Assembly: GCA_965649765.1 (NCBI GenBank)
Contig: OZ287751.1
Coordinates: 39,308,001 to 39,372,000 of the forward strand
Source of the DNA: Bispira polyomma
Lineage: Eukaryota
Direction: 5' to 3'
DNA length: 64,000 nt
Below are positions 38,508 to 53,100 of this stretch, piece after piece. Within the stretch, counting starts at the first letter, position 1, and each line of letters begins with the position of its first letter. The notes beneath the pieces were generated by a model, which made no database searches, was not told the DNA's origin, and saw nothing but the letters and a program-made list of their open reading frames with translations. The translations under genes and the position numbers were made by a program.

Positions 38508-39353
38508 GTATGTAGTGATTACTTGATCATCTTTGTTTTCGGCATTATATCTTATTAACTTCAACTCTTGCTCACACACATATACCAGGAACATCCTTGG
38601 CACAGCTGTCTAAAGATTAGGTTTCTAAAATGTTAGACACAAACATTCACAGGTCTCCATACGTATTTCGTTGAGTCTTTTTGCAACTAACTCTCTCTTT
38701 TTTAGGAATTCTTCACCTTTACATACTAGCACCTTGTATGGTAAAATTCAATACAGTGTTCTGTGTAACCGAGCATATATTGTCATATTCAAAACATGAA
38801 TTTACATGTATTCATTACTTTAACCTTATATAGATACCTAATATACAAGCTTAGCCAGGTATATTATCGAGTATTAGATGTACTGAATCTTTAGTTTCCA
38901 TGGAATCCAGGTGATGCAGTTTGCAGCCTTGTAGCAGAACTGACACAGCCAAAACCAGGTGACTTTTGGTATGCTATATTGGACAATGGTTACCAGTCTA
39001 ATGCCATCAAAGGACCGGCAATAATAGAGGGCAGGCCACATGGGGGCGTCTATACATTGTATCATCTTGCCCATCAATTAGTCCCATTCAGCCCCTCCCT
39101 CCCCCTCTATCACCCCCATGCCCACTCCCTGCACCTATAGCCTTGCTAGGCTTAAACCAGTAAACAAAGTGTTAAAAATCATATCTAGAATCCCCCAAAA
39201 ATTTAGTTGGATATTTAGTTAATATTTATTGTGGAATTATATTGTTAGGATATTTATACAAACTTTAATATAAAAAATTCACTGTGAATTATTTTTACCA
39301 TTAAAATTAGTTTGATAAAATAAATTACAAGTGAAACTAATAAGTATGCATGT

Positions 39354-39603
39354 AGTCACTCCTGCCAAGGAGGTTATGTTTTCGTCTGTTTTTTTTTTTT
39401 TTTTTTGTTGGTTTGTCACCAGGATTACACACAAAAACTTCTGAACCAATTTACATGAAATTTGATAGAGGGATTATTGCAACAGTAAGATTCCACACCT
39501 AATTTGGCGTGTATCCGGGTAAAATGCAGGATTGAGGATTTTTTGTGGCATGGTGGTGCTTTTGGGGGGCAGGGGAAGGTACTGTACTGAGAGCTCACCT
39601 GTT
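39354..39603 (+). mobile_element. Non-autonomous Helentron-like element (HINE/DINE-type)
   Basis: 5' tcactcctgccaaggaggttatgttttc, a gtctg/T-rich tract, aggattac..caaaaacttctgaaccaatttacatgaaatttg and 3' tactgagagctcacctgttt. This layout matches HINEs as I know them; not database-verified. Confidence 0.62.
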
Positions 39604-41034
39604 TAATTATAAATGTGTTGAACTTATTGGATGTGAACTCTAATTTACACTACTGGCTGTGTCTTAACACTGTTTCCTTACCATACCACACCACCAGTAT
39701 ACTCCCACCAACCAGCTGAAGTGACTCCCAACAATTGTGTAGATATTTTGTTAAGTGACTTCTGTGTGGTACATAGAAATTTTATCAGTAAAATTCCCTC
39801 GCTCCCCAAGAAAGAAAGGTACTGATTTAATAATTTAAAAAATTGAGTGATTACCATTTAAACAAACACAAACCAAGGGAGACATGGGCCAAACATTACC
39901 TCTTTGGGGTGGAGAAGAAAAATAGAATACACATAAAATTAAAACATGTTGTATATGCAGCCCCAGCAAGGCTACTTCCCTTGTGCCCCCTCCCCCATCC
40001 CCTATGTCCCTTGAGCGTGTGCACTTTCTTGCATGAGAGATCTTAAGAATAATGGCGTTTCCTTAATGAAGTGGACGTAAGGTTTCCTTCTTGGGAAAGC
40101 TGAAATGAATAGGGTGGGGAGGGTGGGGGTGCACACACCTTTTAATGAAGGAAGACCTCACCCAGAGGTAACATAGAACACCCCCCCTCCCCCCAATAAT
40201 ACACCACAATAGCCTACTGCTAATTGATGTATATTGAATGGTTAGTCATGGTTAGTCAAGGTTAGTCTGTTACTACTATACAACTAGACCCTCATATTGG
40301 AAGTATATCTGGCGACATAAAAAACCCTTTAATTATACCAGTGTTCTTTATTGCACACACACCAGTATAGTAATGACATTAATCATAATATTGGAGGAGA
40401 ACAATAGGGTGATCTAGTGAATATGACATATCACACTGTCTTCTCTATATGCACAAAGAATGTTTTTTGTTTGTCATCCATATGGGGACCCACCACAAAC
40501 TTCAATATATTTAATATATAGGCTTATATATGACCATAGTTATCTATCCCATGGTTTATGTTTTTGTTTTAAATTTTGCTGGTGTGTAAACTAAAAACCA
40601 AGACAATGAAAGGAGGTTTTGCTACTATTTACAAATTACAGTGATTTTTTTTTTTTACATAAGCATAAGCACAGAGATCAGAGAAGTGTTAAAAGTACGA
40701 TGCGGTGGCACTTATGTAAACCAAACCAAGCCAGCTCATATGTGTGTGATGGGAAATGTATATGTGTGATGCACGTATGACATGTAGGATATAGTAGAAA
40801 TAATAAAACAGTCCCACACAAGCAAGGGTTCATATTCTGCTAGATTTACATGTGTCCGATTGTTTTGGAGTTGATATTGGAGAATCTAAGTTTTTGCCAA
40901 GACTATCAAGAGGTAAGCTGTGAATGAAATTGCTCTCTGTTTTAAGATCTGGAAAAGGTTAGTCATTGTGTATGAAACACGTTTTAAAGGTCATCTTATT
41001 GTTTGTTTCTTCCTAAATAGATATATTATAAGGG

Positions 41035-41275
41035 GCATCTGCTTCACACTGGCCTCTCACCAAATGAGGGTTTAAATCCAGCTTGTTACATCATGTTGAA
41101 AAGTTTGTCAGGTACTTGCAATAGGGAGGTCAGTGCTTTATACACAGCCTTAGCATTTTGGTGTCTTCCACCAGTGATTCTGGCCATAGTGTGTCTGACA
41201 GTGTTTCACCAGTGTATCTTGCAATCTGTGTAAATCTTTAAGCCATTTGTAACTGATTTTAAAACCCAACTAAAT
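41035..41275 (+). mobile_element. SINE family 1-like, old copy
   Basis: actggcctctcacc...gggtttaaatcc...atgttgaaaagtttgtcaggtacttgc...cttccaccagt. Confidence 0.6.
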
Positions 41276-42509
41276 GCAAACTCAAATTATTTACATGTAT
41301 TCATCTCTGTGAAAAGATAGGCAAGGTGCAAGTGATACCAAATATCATAATGATGGCAGAAATAAAGCCCAACTAAAACTACTGGCCCCCAAATTCTAGT
41401 GGTACTGCAGCAGGTTAGGCCCACCTGGCATGTTTTTCTGTGCAACATTAAATTTAGTTTAACATGGATACTGGTGGTATTAAAACAACAAAATGACACA
41501 CATAATTGGTAACCTATTGAAAATCTATATTTTAAGATTTACTGGCAAGTTTACTTTTCTAGTTAAAAATAGGGTTGAACAGAACTGTTTAGCTAGAGTT
41601 AGCCTCAACTGTTGCAGTCATATATAAAGTAGAACACCTGAAATAGGACTCATACTTGTTTATAATCACAAATTGACATTACTGATGTTTGGATACCTTA
41701 ATACATCTGTACCAATACTTGTTCATTTGAGGGTCAGTTCTACTAAATGTTGATTCTGAAGCCAATGAGGATAATCCACTTGTTTGTTTTCTTATTAAGC
41801 TGCCTTTTTCCATGCCCAATGCTCAATGCAGTACAAAAAGTACTCAATTATTGCCTCCCACCTGTGGGCGACCAGTGATATTATTGATTTCTGTCTCACA
41901 TTGATAATTTGCTCTAGTCAGTATAAACATGTAAACAGCGCATTTGGGTTTTTGTTTGGAGCTAATATGTGATGGTTGATGTCAACAAACAAGTCTGTGT
42001 ATCTCTGATTGTGGAAATGTCACCAAATGTCACCAAAGTTTCTATCATTTTACACATATACAGGGCGATCATCTGTTGTTTTTTTTACCATAAGCTACTT
42101 TAAATTAATGCTTTGTTTGTACACGCCAACCATCTTTTCCCCAAAAGGGTACAACTTTATTCCAAGCCCCCAAATAAAATAATAAAATGGTGCATTAATA
42201 ATAATTTTGTGAATATGTTACTTAAATAAAGTGCTTTGGTCGTTCAACCACCTTTTCCACCGTTTAGAATTCTACTTCTTTTCACTCCCTAAAAATACTA
42301 AGCATATAAGATGGTGTGTATATATATAAGCTGTTCCACTTGATAGATAAATGTGTCATAAATAAACCATGCTTATAAGTATTGAGGAATTAGTGTATTT
42401 ACATTGTATTTAGACTGATTTGTAGGCCCATATAAAAGGGTTACACATATCACAGACTCTTCTGTTGTAAATTCTTTAGCCAAGGCTTCCTTTCAGCATA
42501 TTTTTATAG

Positions 42510-42995
42510 GCAGATTTTGTCGGTCATTATTTAATATTAGCAACAGCTTCCCTTTAACATATTTCCCTCAGATCAGACGTTAGCGGACGTCTGTCTCTCC
42601 ATCAATATTTATCGGTCAGGGAGTGAAATAATCAGGAGGTCGGTCCGATTTTTTAACAAAAATGAAGAAAAAAAAAATATCAAAAATTTTAACACCATTT
42701 CACATGGTAGATATCGGATGAAAGTAAGCGCTACATCGGTTGATGTCAGCTCGGTTCGAATTTGAATAAATGGGCTAACATCATGATTGGCTGAAAGGAA
42801 GGCGAGGCTAACTCTTTGTCAAATTGCCCTGTGTAATCGTTAGTGTATCTGTGAACTGGATGTAATAATGTAAACTGTGAATCTAAGATATCTTCATAAT
42901 GGTAAAAACCTGGATGCTTTTGTGGGTGGAACTCGACACCAGAGTGGAAATACGAAACAACTTAAGCCTTTAATGAGTGCTCCCCTGGTTGGTCA
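42510..42995 (+). promoter_or_regulatory. CpG-enriched candidate alternative promoter
   Basis: Local CpG enrichment, reverse CCAAT box (ATTGG 42786-42790) and hairpin CAGACGT-tagcgg-ACGTCTG at 42574-42593. Confidence 0.33.
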
Positions 42996-44689
42996 TTATA
43001 ATTTTGATTTGTGTCAAACTTGACCCAAGATATTATTAATATATTGATGTTTTTGTTGTTTTATTTTTTATTGCTTCTCTATAACCACGATTGTGACCTA
43101 TTTGATGAATCAAAGATGTATACATTATTAAAATGCTTATCCTAACTAATCAAGTTGGGCTTTCTTTAAGGATACATACTAAGGTGGAAGAATAGTGCAT
43201 GCAAATCTTGGCCATAAGCAAATGGTTTAAGGTCGTCGCAAAGATTTAAGAGCTTGGTTGTAAATAGGCACAAAACTAATGTTTGGTTTTTGTGCCTGGC
43301 TGTCTTCTGGCATCTTTTATTTCACAAGCTCATCCATCTATTAATAAATCCTGGGCCTAGAAATCTGACCTCTCCCTTGTCCTGTGCCCTTTTAATTATT
43401 AATGACGGTGTAAAATAACAACATCTGTTTGAATACAACTCAACAAACAAAGCTAATATGATTTGGTATCTCTGTACTCTGATTTTGTAGCCATTGTTTA
43501 AAAAACACGTGGGCTATATGCTCTATTCTGACTATAGACAGGTGTTTTTATTTTATGGCATGTTATTCAATCAGTTTATTCTAAGCACATTTCTACAGGT
43601 TTACTGTAGTGAGTTGTATTATAAGGTAATTACTTGTTTACATTCGTTGTGGGTTTTTGCTCTGGCTGTATTCTGACAATAGACAGTGATTTTTGTAGCA
43701 TATTTTATCAGTTTCTAAAGTACACTAATAATACAAACCAGACATAATTTTTATAGGTTTACTGTAGATACTTGTAGTATTCAGTATTAACTTGTTTATA
43801 CATTCTTTGTGAAGTTTTTGCTTTTGCTTTTTTGTGGAATTAATCTTGTCTATATCAGTTCTGAAGCTTTTAGTACTTGGTCCTACCAACCCTTTAAGCT
43901 AGTTATCAGTTTAATATTATAGACGATGATGTCCATACACCACTATAAAATGTGAGTGATGTTTTTCATAATACAGTTATTATAAAAATGGTGATAATAT
44001 GTTATCAGCTGGTTTTACAAACCAAGAGAGGGCAAACGTGTGCAGAGCATAGACAGAATAGGCTAATTGTCTTATCAATTTGACCCTGAAAGCTGATTAA
44101 TAAATGTTTTATTTACAAAACAGAAAATACAGTAAAATTAGGTATGTTTTATCTGGGAAGTTTGTTGCAATCTTGCCAGGTTTTTTAATAAACGACCACA
44201 CCTCAGCTAAATATTATGGAATTTCTGTTATAATTTCTTGTGCAGTTTTTAACTACATTAGATAAAATTGTAAGATAAGTGCAGAAAGATATACTGATAT
44301 ATTTAAAAGAACAACACTACACCAAACAAACATGTATTTGAAATATTAAGGAATTACAGTGTGACCTTTTCTACAAATATATATATCAGATTTTATTTCT
44401 GAGAAGTATTTTACCTTATTAGTATTTATGTTATTGAAACTGAAGAGTTATATCATAAAAATGAATATATATCATAATAAAGACAGAGAATATTGGTTCG
44501 GAAAAGATAAAATGACACATTTATGAGTAAAAAAAATACACCCTTGCCTTTCACTAGTTGATTACTAACACGTTATATAAATAAACAAAATATTAAACCG
44601 AGAAAATAACTTGTGCTTAAAATATCTACATTACCCCTTACAAGCAGAACAATAGTAGTCTTTTTTAAAAAAGGCATTGGTGCCCAATG

Positions 44690-45210
44690 TGACACATTCC
44701 CTCAGTTTGGCCTAAACTGTATTTCAAAGAAGCGTGAAATAATATATACTCCTTCTGGAACGAGTGGGGCCGGGACTCGGGGCCTACTAGTAGATCAGGG
44801 ACCTTCATCATTCCACGCTTCTCTGGTGTGTCCTGATAATTGCCTGATAATATAAATCTGACACTCCCCTCTCAGTTTGGCCAGGTCGATTGACTTCCAA
44901 CTCAATCCACGTAGGCCTTACCTATTTCCAACATGGCGGCGCTCCTTTCACAAAGTTTAAACAACCTAATAAAAAAAAATATTTTTCAAAATTCTCACAC
45001 ACAATTTTTTATTCATGCCTTAGTGCAAACTGAAGTGGTTTGTACATATTCATCTGGTCGTGCTTATTATGGGATGGATTTGTAACACAACAAAACGCAT
45101 GACCTCATCTTCAAATTATTTCCGCAAATATATGGATGATGAGCTGTTTTAATTGTATTGTATTAATGTCCGTCCTACACATCACGTAGTTCCTGTTTGA
45201 GGCCGTGTTT
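44690..45210. promoter_or_regulatory. CpG-enriched candidate promoter/enhancer with a YY1 site
   Basis: CAACATGGCGGC at 44929-44940 and a duplicated GACAC..CTCAGTTTGGCC at about 44691 and 44861. Confidence 0.35.
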
Positions 45211-48200
45211 ACACACATAGAATTCTATATATATATATATTTTTTTTTCTATATACATACAGAGATCTATAGCTATTTATACACTCCAACACACATACAT
45301 ATATGGCTCATTGATATCTGTGGTCGTTAATTGGGTGTGAACTAATAGGTCTTAAGTAGAGACACAAATGTAACAACAAAAAACCATCACCACACATCAA
45401 TAATGACATAGAATTGTATAAAAGATTGTGTCTGTGAATATGTCACATTGTTTGAATGCAATAAAAAACCATAGAATCTACATAGTTCTACAGTGAATAT
45501 GATACCTGTTATAGGGACGAAGTAAACTTGCATTGAGCCTGAACTAAAAGATAACCATTAGCTAAAGCAAAAACCCAGATCAAATTCCAAATTGTAATAT
45601 GTGACATAACCCTTTAAAGTGATAGTTCTACTATCACGATTACATACTTGGCTAGTAATAGTTTTTTAGAAAGCTCATCTGATAGAGTCTTGTTTTCTGT
45701 AAGTGTCACCGAAACTGATGATTTTGGGGCGTTTCTGGAAATGTTACAAATTGGGGTAGGGCCTATTCTCCCATCAATTCAAATTTACATAGACCATTTC
45801 TCCATACGGACTTTTCACCATGTGGGCTTTTATCCAACTTGTCAGAGTGAATGCCACTATGAGACCTTTAGTAAAAACAAAACCTCTGGCACGTCTACGT
45901 TCAATGTTAAATTCAATAGAACAGACGACATTTGACAGTTTCCGGTAGCCTTAGGTCAATATTAAGGTTCACTCGCAAATTAGTCCTGTTCTCTTTTCAG
46001 ATGCACGTGTATAAATAACTGCCACAGTATATTTATTAAACACCCCACCCATATTGCCCCCTAAAACTTTGGTAGAGCAAACAATTTCTTCGTTCTGTTT
46101 TAATGTTATTAGACCAATTAATTGATTCCCGTTGTACACACAATGGTTCAAACAATAAAAGCAAATTGTGTTTATATATTGGTCGATGTAAAATAGTATC
46201 CCTCAGCAGCCTCACAGCTCCCCCCCCCCCCCTATATTTAATCCCTGCCAGGAAAGGGACATGCATAGAAGGTTTGTCTACAATTGTGTCACGTCTTTGT
46301 TTCACTATAAACGTCTAGTATTCACGTGGTGTCAATACCTGGGATTGAATATATCATGTTTTGTTAGGGCTGTGTTTGTGTCCCTGTGTGTGTGGTAATA
46401 TTGTTAGTGGGTCCATTGTATTTTCTAACAAAGAACACTTAAATAGCTTTGTGGGGTGTGGTTGTATGTGTTGATAGTCCTAACAAGTATAGAGGTGAAA
46501 ATAAATCTAAAGGAAATTCAATTAAAACATAAGACTGTTAAAACATCCCAAACATTAGACTGTTTTTGGGTGATCCTGGGCATATTTATAGTTTGCCAAC
46601 ACATGTATGTACACACACAGAATGTACATGTGATCCACTACACATAATATAACACAGGAGGTAGTAAAATAGACTACATTACAGTATATGTATTAACAAA
46701 ATATACACTGTGCATTGATGAAAGGTGTGGATATATATACACCCTCCCGGTATAATTAATCGCCAGATGGAAATATGATCTTTTCTGACTTATCCAGTTA
46801 CAGTCGTGATAATTCCCTTCACAGGTTAGTCCAGGTCATGACAATTGAATGTGTTGTTTTTTTCGTTGTGATAAATCTTTGTTATTATATTTATGAATAT
46901 TTCTAATTTCATTTAGATATCCAATCAAGTATCACATTTTCTTATAAAGATTGCACTTTCATTGTGTTTTTTATTGTTAAGCAGGATATAGTTAACAAGG
47001 ACTGCTGGGTTTAGCCTTTAGCTTTAATAATGAGTTAAACCCCAGAGGTTGTATTTTTCCTCCAGCAATATAATGTAAATAGAGAAGCACTACTCCATTT
47101 ATGGACCATTGTAGAGCATTCGATTGCAACTTAGACTTGAAACTGGTCGGATATTCTATATATATTTTGACTTGCAAACTTAAAGATTACTGCAATAGAA
47201 GTTGCCATTTTTTGAAATTGTATTTAGGACTTACATGTGATGCCACATGATGACATTTATATTACAACTCTTTACTATTAATAGTGTGACATAGTGTCAC
47301 ATTGCCCCCTCTTCCAACCCTTTCCCCCGTCACCTCGATGGTATATTTTAATGGGTCATGCCATCCTTCACATTCTGAATACAGACACTATCTATACATA
47401 TAAACCCGACCACTCAATAGAAGGTCCTTTTTAGCCGTTAAAAATGTATTTAAACACTAGTTTGATTGGTCCAATCCCAGAGCAAGTTGTGACATTTATA
47501 GCATAATTTAAGACATAACTTGTTGTATATATGCAGAGGAGATTTTATCTGGGTAAAAATACTACTAGTATATATAAGTAAATATATATAGTAATGTGAC
47601 GTCAGGACATAAGGTTAGGGGGGGAAATATCTGGTGAATTTATACATAGTTATGAATGTGAAAAAGATTCAATTGCAGTTTGGATAAATTACTAGCTAAT
47701 ATCAAACACGCACATGTTGACTATATATACATACTGCCCTAAATTTTTGAATAACAAGTTAAGTGGTAAAAGAGTAGACGGGGGTTTCAGCTGATAAATG
47801 TTTGTATTAAGTATTGATCTACAATCTTGTCAGATTTTAACCGCCAAGACGATTGTTGACATTAGGATACATTCAAAATTGCACAACGGTTTTTAGGTAG
47901 AATTTAGACGCATTAAAATATGGAGTATGTACATATCCAAAAGGAGGTGTCGTTTTCATGACTTAGATGTTAGTGTCACTATATTTGCATGTTGTCACAT
48001 CTGTAAATGGTAGCACACATCAACAGAAATACAAATCTATTACATATATTAACAGCAGATTGATAGCGTTTGAAAGACGTAACAGATGCTAGGACATTAT
48101 CAAGTGTAGTTGAAAGTACTTCTGAAGACGTCTTACTTCAAATGATGTTGTCATTTATTTCCGGCGCGGGGGAGTGGACTATAGTTCGATATGTTAATGA

Positions 48201-50190
48201 AGCTTAATAATATAAATGCACACCACAGTGTGTCAATAGATAAGTCGTGCTGGACTAACTAATCTATGAATTCTGTATGAGTCAGACATATTTTTCCAGG
48301 TGGTTCGGCTAGTTCATTTTATTGTGGATTTTTATGATTACATCAAGTGCCCTGGTGTGTGATAGTATGGCTATAAATATATATAAGATCCTAGTGTCTA
48401 TGCCAGAAATGTTGTATCCTCAATTTAAACCAGAAGGGGGATGTCAATGCTAGCTAATGGGTTAACTAACTTACATGGGTGCCAAATACACTTTTATAAT
48501 ATGTGTAGCTATTTTGTGTACATACATATAAGGATATGAGTTTCATTATAGCAGGAATATATTATTAAAAACAAAAACAGCAATAATAATAATAGGGAAT
48601 ATTTAGAAGCAACTTTGCAGAATTTCAAACCTAAATGACTAACGGGTTCTGACTGAACAAAGTCAGTTATTTTGGATTAATCAGAGAAGGATATGGAATG
48701 CAAAACAGCTGCATGTTTTAAAATCTAATGAAGTGACTCATTCTATGTAAAATACTTTACAAAAAAACAAAAAAACAAACTGTGACAGGTCCGTTGTGTT
48801 GGGTTCTAAAAAATGTCGCATACAAATAACTGCTATTAGTACAATTTATAAGTGAACTGAAGAGAGACATATATTTGTGTATGTGGAGAAAACAAGTGAG
48901 AGAGAAAGAGACGAATAAGGCATCTTAAAAATGCACAGCAGTAGTACTTCATTGGGTATATAAGGAGTATTATATGTCTCTTATTATACACAGTTGGAAG
49001 TCAGCCAAGCATTGAAGGGCCATAACAATGATACCGTAAGTAATACATGCATAATTGTCATTCCAGCAGTTTGGTATACAGAAAATGTTGTATATTATTA
49101 AAACAGACTAGATTTGATATAGATTTAAGTCAGTTGTTGCTCGTTGTTTGTTCTGTTCAGTTATTCATTTAAAAGTTTCTCAAATGAGAATGCAAATTGA
49201 GAAAACTGTATAATTTTTAGTTTTGAAAATGGTGTTTTTTCATACATTGCCTGGATAATAACGAAACGTATGTCTGGGTTTGTGCTTCGCAGAAACTAAA
49301 AATACACAAGGCACATGAAATAATGATCATGGGTTTAAGTACTTGTATAATATAACTATTTAAATCAGTTTAAGTACTCATTCAGTTGTGTTGCTAAATA
49401 AAGACATCCTTGTCGTTTTCATGGCTGCATTGTTGAGGCGTATTGAGGTGGTTTTATGCACCCCCTAAAAGGATTGAATGATATCATTATGAACTCACCC
49501 ATAGGTACTGTTTGTGTGATAGGTTTGGGTGCCCTTATAGAAATTTTGAGAAGGCCTTTGACAGTGTGCGAGGGCTTTCATGCATACAACACTTAATATA
49601 ATGCATACGGTTTTCATGCCACTTCAGTGATGTCTGCAAGACAGAAAAAAGTTATAATAAGGTGAAGGTTTTTGCTTGTGCAGTGTCTTGAATGCTTCTG
49701 TTGGTTAAGAGTAGCAAATATACAATACTTTGCAATCAAAGTGGTTATACATGTACTTATATAACATGTGAGTTGTATGCTGAGTATATAGTATTCATAG
49801 TAAAATATATAACACTGGTTGCTGACAGATCTTTAAGGAAAAACATATGCTCTTAGTGGATATGTTACGATCGGATATGTTATGGTAAATGTGATACAAT
49901 GAATCATAAAATAAAGACATATAGTTTATACTGTACTTTATTGGCTAGATATCTATCTGTTCAGTCTTTTATGACCTCAATGTAAACATGTACGATAGCA
50001 GGTTGCCATTATCAGCGTTTGATATATAATATTTGTCTGGCTTTGTGTCTAATACTACTTACTGCATTTTTTAACATTAAAACTATTGTTTCTCAAAAGT
50101 TATAAACAATAAGCTTGAACAAATGGGATTTTGTTACTTCGTTGATTTTATATAGTATGTCTCTTAAATATGGTTATTTTGTAATTCCAG

Positions 50191-53100
50191 GTGCAGTGAT
50201 GTGAAAGTACGGCTCAGCCAGTCTGAATTGCGGGCATTTGAGCTCTTCGTCAGTGGACGACATGACACCAAACTGGTAGATTCGGACAGTGATTCGGAAA
50301 ATTTTTTGTGTCCCTGTGGCAAATCTTTCAAACGGAAGGCATCTTATCAGCGGCATATGGACATACTCCACTCTGATAACAATACAGTTTCGTACATATG
50401 TAATGTGTGTGGGAAAACATTCGGGAAAAAATGTACCCTTACAATGCACATGAGCATCCACGAACCTTCCAAGAAAGCGTTTGATACTATGGAACATCCC
50501 TCTACACGGAGACAAAATAGATCTGCTACAAGTGTATCTAGTCCAGTATTAGTGAAAAAGAGTGAAGTTGAGAAATTAGCAAACAGCAAAAACTCTGTTC
50601 AAGTTGTCACAAAGTCTTTATCTGAAGAAAATACTAGTGCTAGTAAAGTGGAGAAACATTTCACGCGGTCATCTTTAAGTGAAACTCATCATAGCAGGTC
50701 AGTGGGAACTCCATCACAGAGTTGCAGTCAATCATCAGAAAGACATCAAACTGTTGTTGGTCTTACTAAGGCAACTGATGCTACGGGGGGCGATCTTGTA
50801 AAAGAAGATACAGATGTTCCTGGTCCACTGTATGGGGCGGAAACTTGTGTAAACAACAATAACATCAAAAGGAATGTCACTAGTGATACCTCTGAGGATT
50901 TATCCAACAACAATAACAGTTTAATCTATACTTCTAAAGCAGAAAGTGTGTCTGGCCAACATAAGGATAAACTGCCAACATTAACATCTAGTTCTAGTCA
51001 TGATAGTGACAAAGAAAACACAGAACAGACTGTGAAAGTTAAGGATGGTTTAAGCAAGAGATCAGAAATCATTCCTAAATCTGTCATAAATCTAAGCAAA
51101 AAGTCAGCTGACTCTGTAGTCGTTGTGCCAAAAGAGCGTGAAAGTAAAGTAGCAGTTGTAAAAAATACAGACCATTACCCACCTCAAAAACAAAACACAC
51201 AGACAATCGTAATTGTTATTCGTGAAGCAAAACGTGTAAAGAGTGACGACAGTGCTCCTACATCAAGCACAGACAAGATGAATTGGACTCAAACAAATTC
51301 ACCCTTTGTTGGGCGTCAAGTTGTACAGTATTCCACAGCACAGTCAGAACATAATAGTTTTACTAAACAGGTCATCTCATCACAACCTGTCCGAGTCGTT
51401 TCTCATCCTATTCAAGTGCTAGATACACAAAAAGGTGCAGTACATTCCATGAAGACATTTCTTCCTAAAATGGCAGTGAACCATTCATCCCCACAAAGTG
51501 TAGCTGAGAATAATAATGTCATAACCATGCCTATAAAAGTGACACAAGCAAAGCAGAATGTAGTCCGAAATGTTGCCAGTGTTGCTCCAAGTGTCGTCAC
51601 GACTGCACTGCCCCAAGGTATACATTTGGTCCAACAAGTGAAGGATGAACCACCTGAGATGTCTTCAACAGATTCTGACCTGAGCCACTTTTCTGATACC
51701 ACAGAATCTGATGACTGTGTGGAGGATACAGAGTATGCTCCCATTCGAAAAAGTGCACGGCTTGATGGCAAAGTTCCAGGGTGGAAGAAAATACTCACCA
51801 AGGACAGTGATACAGGTGTGCAGGAGCCAAGACAACGCAAACGGAAAGCAGTGAGGCCTAAGGTTGAGGATTTGCAAGATATAGATGATGGAGAACTAAG
51901 TGGGGCAGCTGAAGAGCTGTTTGGAAATGTAGCAGCTGACATGGACATTGATGATCAGGAAATACAAGATATGTCATCATCAATTTTCTCTCGACAGCCC
52001 AGAATGTACAAAGATGACTACCCCTGTGACATTTGTGGCAAATCGTTCAGCACAGAAAAATACCTGCAAATGCACAGTTCACTTCATGGAGCATCAACAC
52101 CAGCCAGAAATCTAGTAGCAGAGAATTTTAAAATGAATGACATTAGAGATGTTGATGGTTACCGATCAACATGGACTTGTAAGATCTGCAACAAAGCATT
52201 TGCTCAAAATTCGAGTTTCAAGAACCACATGCGTACTCATTCTGATGAAAGACCATTTGTGTGTAACATTTGTTCCATTGGTTTTAAAGAGAGGTATCAT
52301 TTGAAAAAGCACATGCTTTTTAAACACAGTGATGAATTGAAAGAGAAATGTCAGTTTTGTGGGAAAAGGTTCAAGGATTCTACAGCAGTTAGAGCTCATG
52401 AAAGAATACATTCCGACCACCGACCGTATCACTGCAGAAGATGTGGAAAGGCTTTTAAAACAAGTGAATGCCTGTGGCACCATGAAAACAGAAGCAAAAC
52501 TTGTGGTGCTTTAGGCGGCCCACCTCTACCCCCATTACCGAAGAAAGGCAGAATGAGTCGGAAATCAAAAGTTCAAACCCAACTTGATGAGCCAGCTCTG
52601 AGTGACATGACAAGTATAGAACTGAAAAGGGAAGAAGACAGCATGCTGGACCTAGTGGAACAGATCATACATGCAGATAGTTCCAGTGCTCAACCACAAA
52701 CCAACAAGATACAGCACCATGGACCTACTGGGCAAAGTGTTACAACCAGTCATTATAACATGCCAATTCAGAATACACCTATAACCATGCCAAGCAGCAC
52801 ATCAGGAAATGTGTCACAAGCGTATATACAGGCAATCAATAATTACAATTCCACCAGACCAGTCAGCGTAACACAGGCAGTACCTGCAGTGCCAAAAAGT
52901 ATTACATCTTCTCAGACAAATACTGTGAAATTGCCACATGGACAACAACTAGTATTTTCTGTACCTGTATTGAAAGATGGCAAAATGGACCCTGCAGCAC
53001 AAGTTACCAAGGCAATACTTGATGCTATAAGTAACACTACAGGTCACCTGAAGGGAAATGTAAACATCCAGAGGACCATACAATGTGCTGTTAATAATGT

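Noticed and set aside
49481-49510. ATG...CCCATAG|GTACTG as the upstream exon of the zinc-finger gene
   Set aside because: The donor is phase 1, and splicing to 50191 gives an almost immediate stop (GGT GCA GTG ATG TGA).
3034-49900. The many other 60-115 aa ORFs in the track
   Set aside because: Lengths and compositions are as expected by chance in AT-rich DNA, and many run through microsatellites, homopolymers or TEs.
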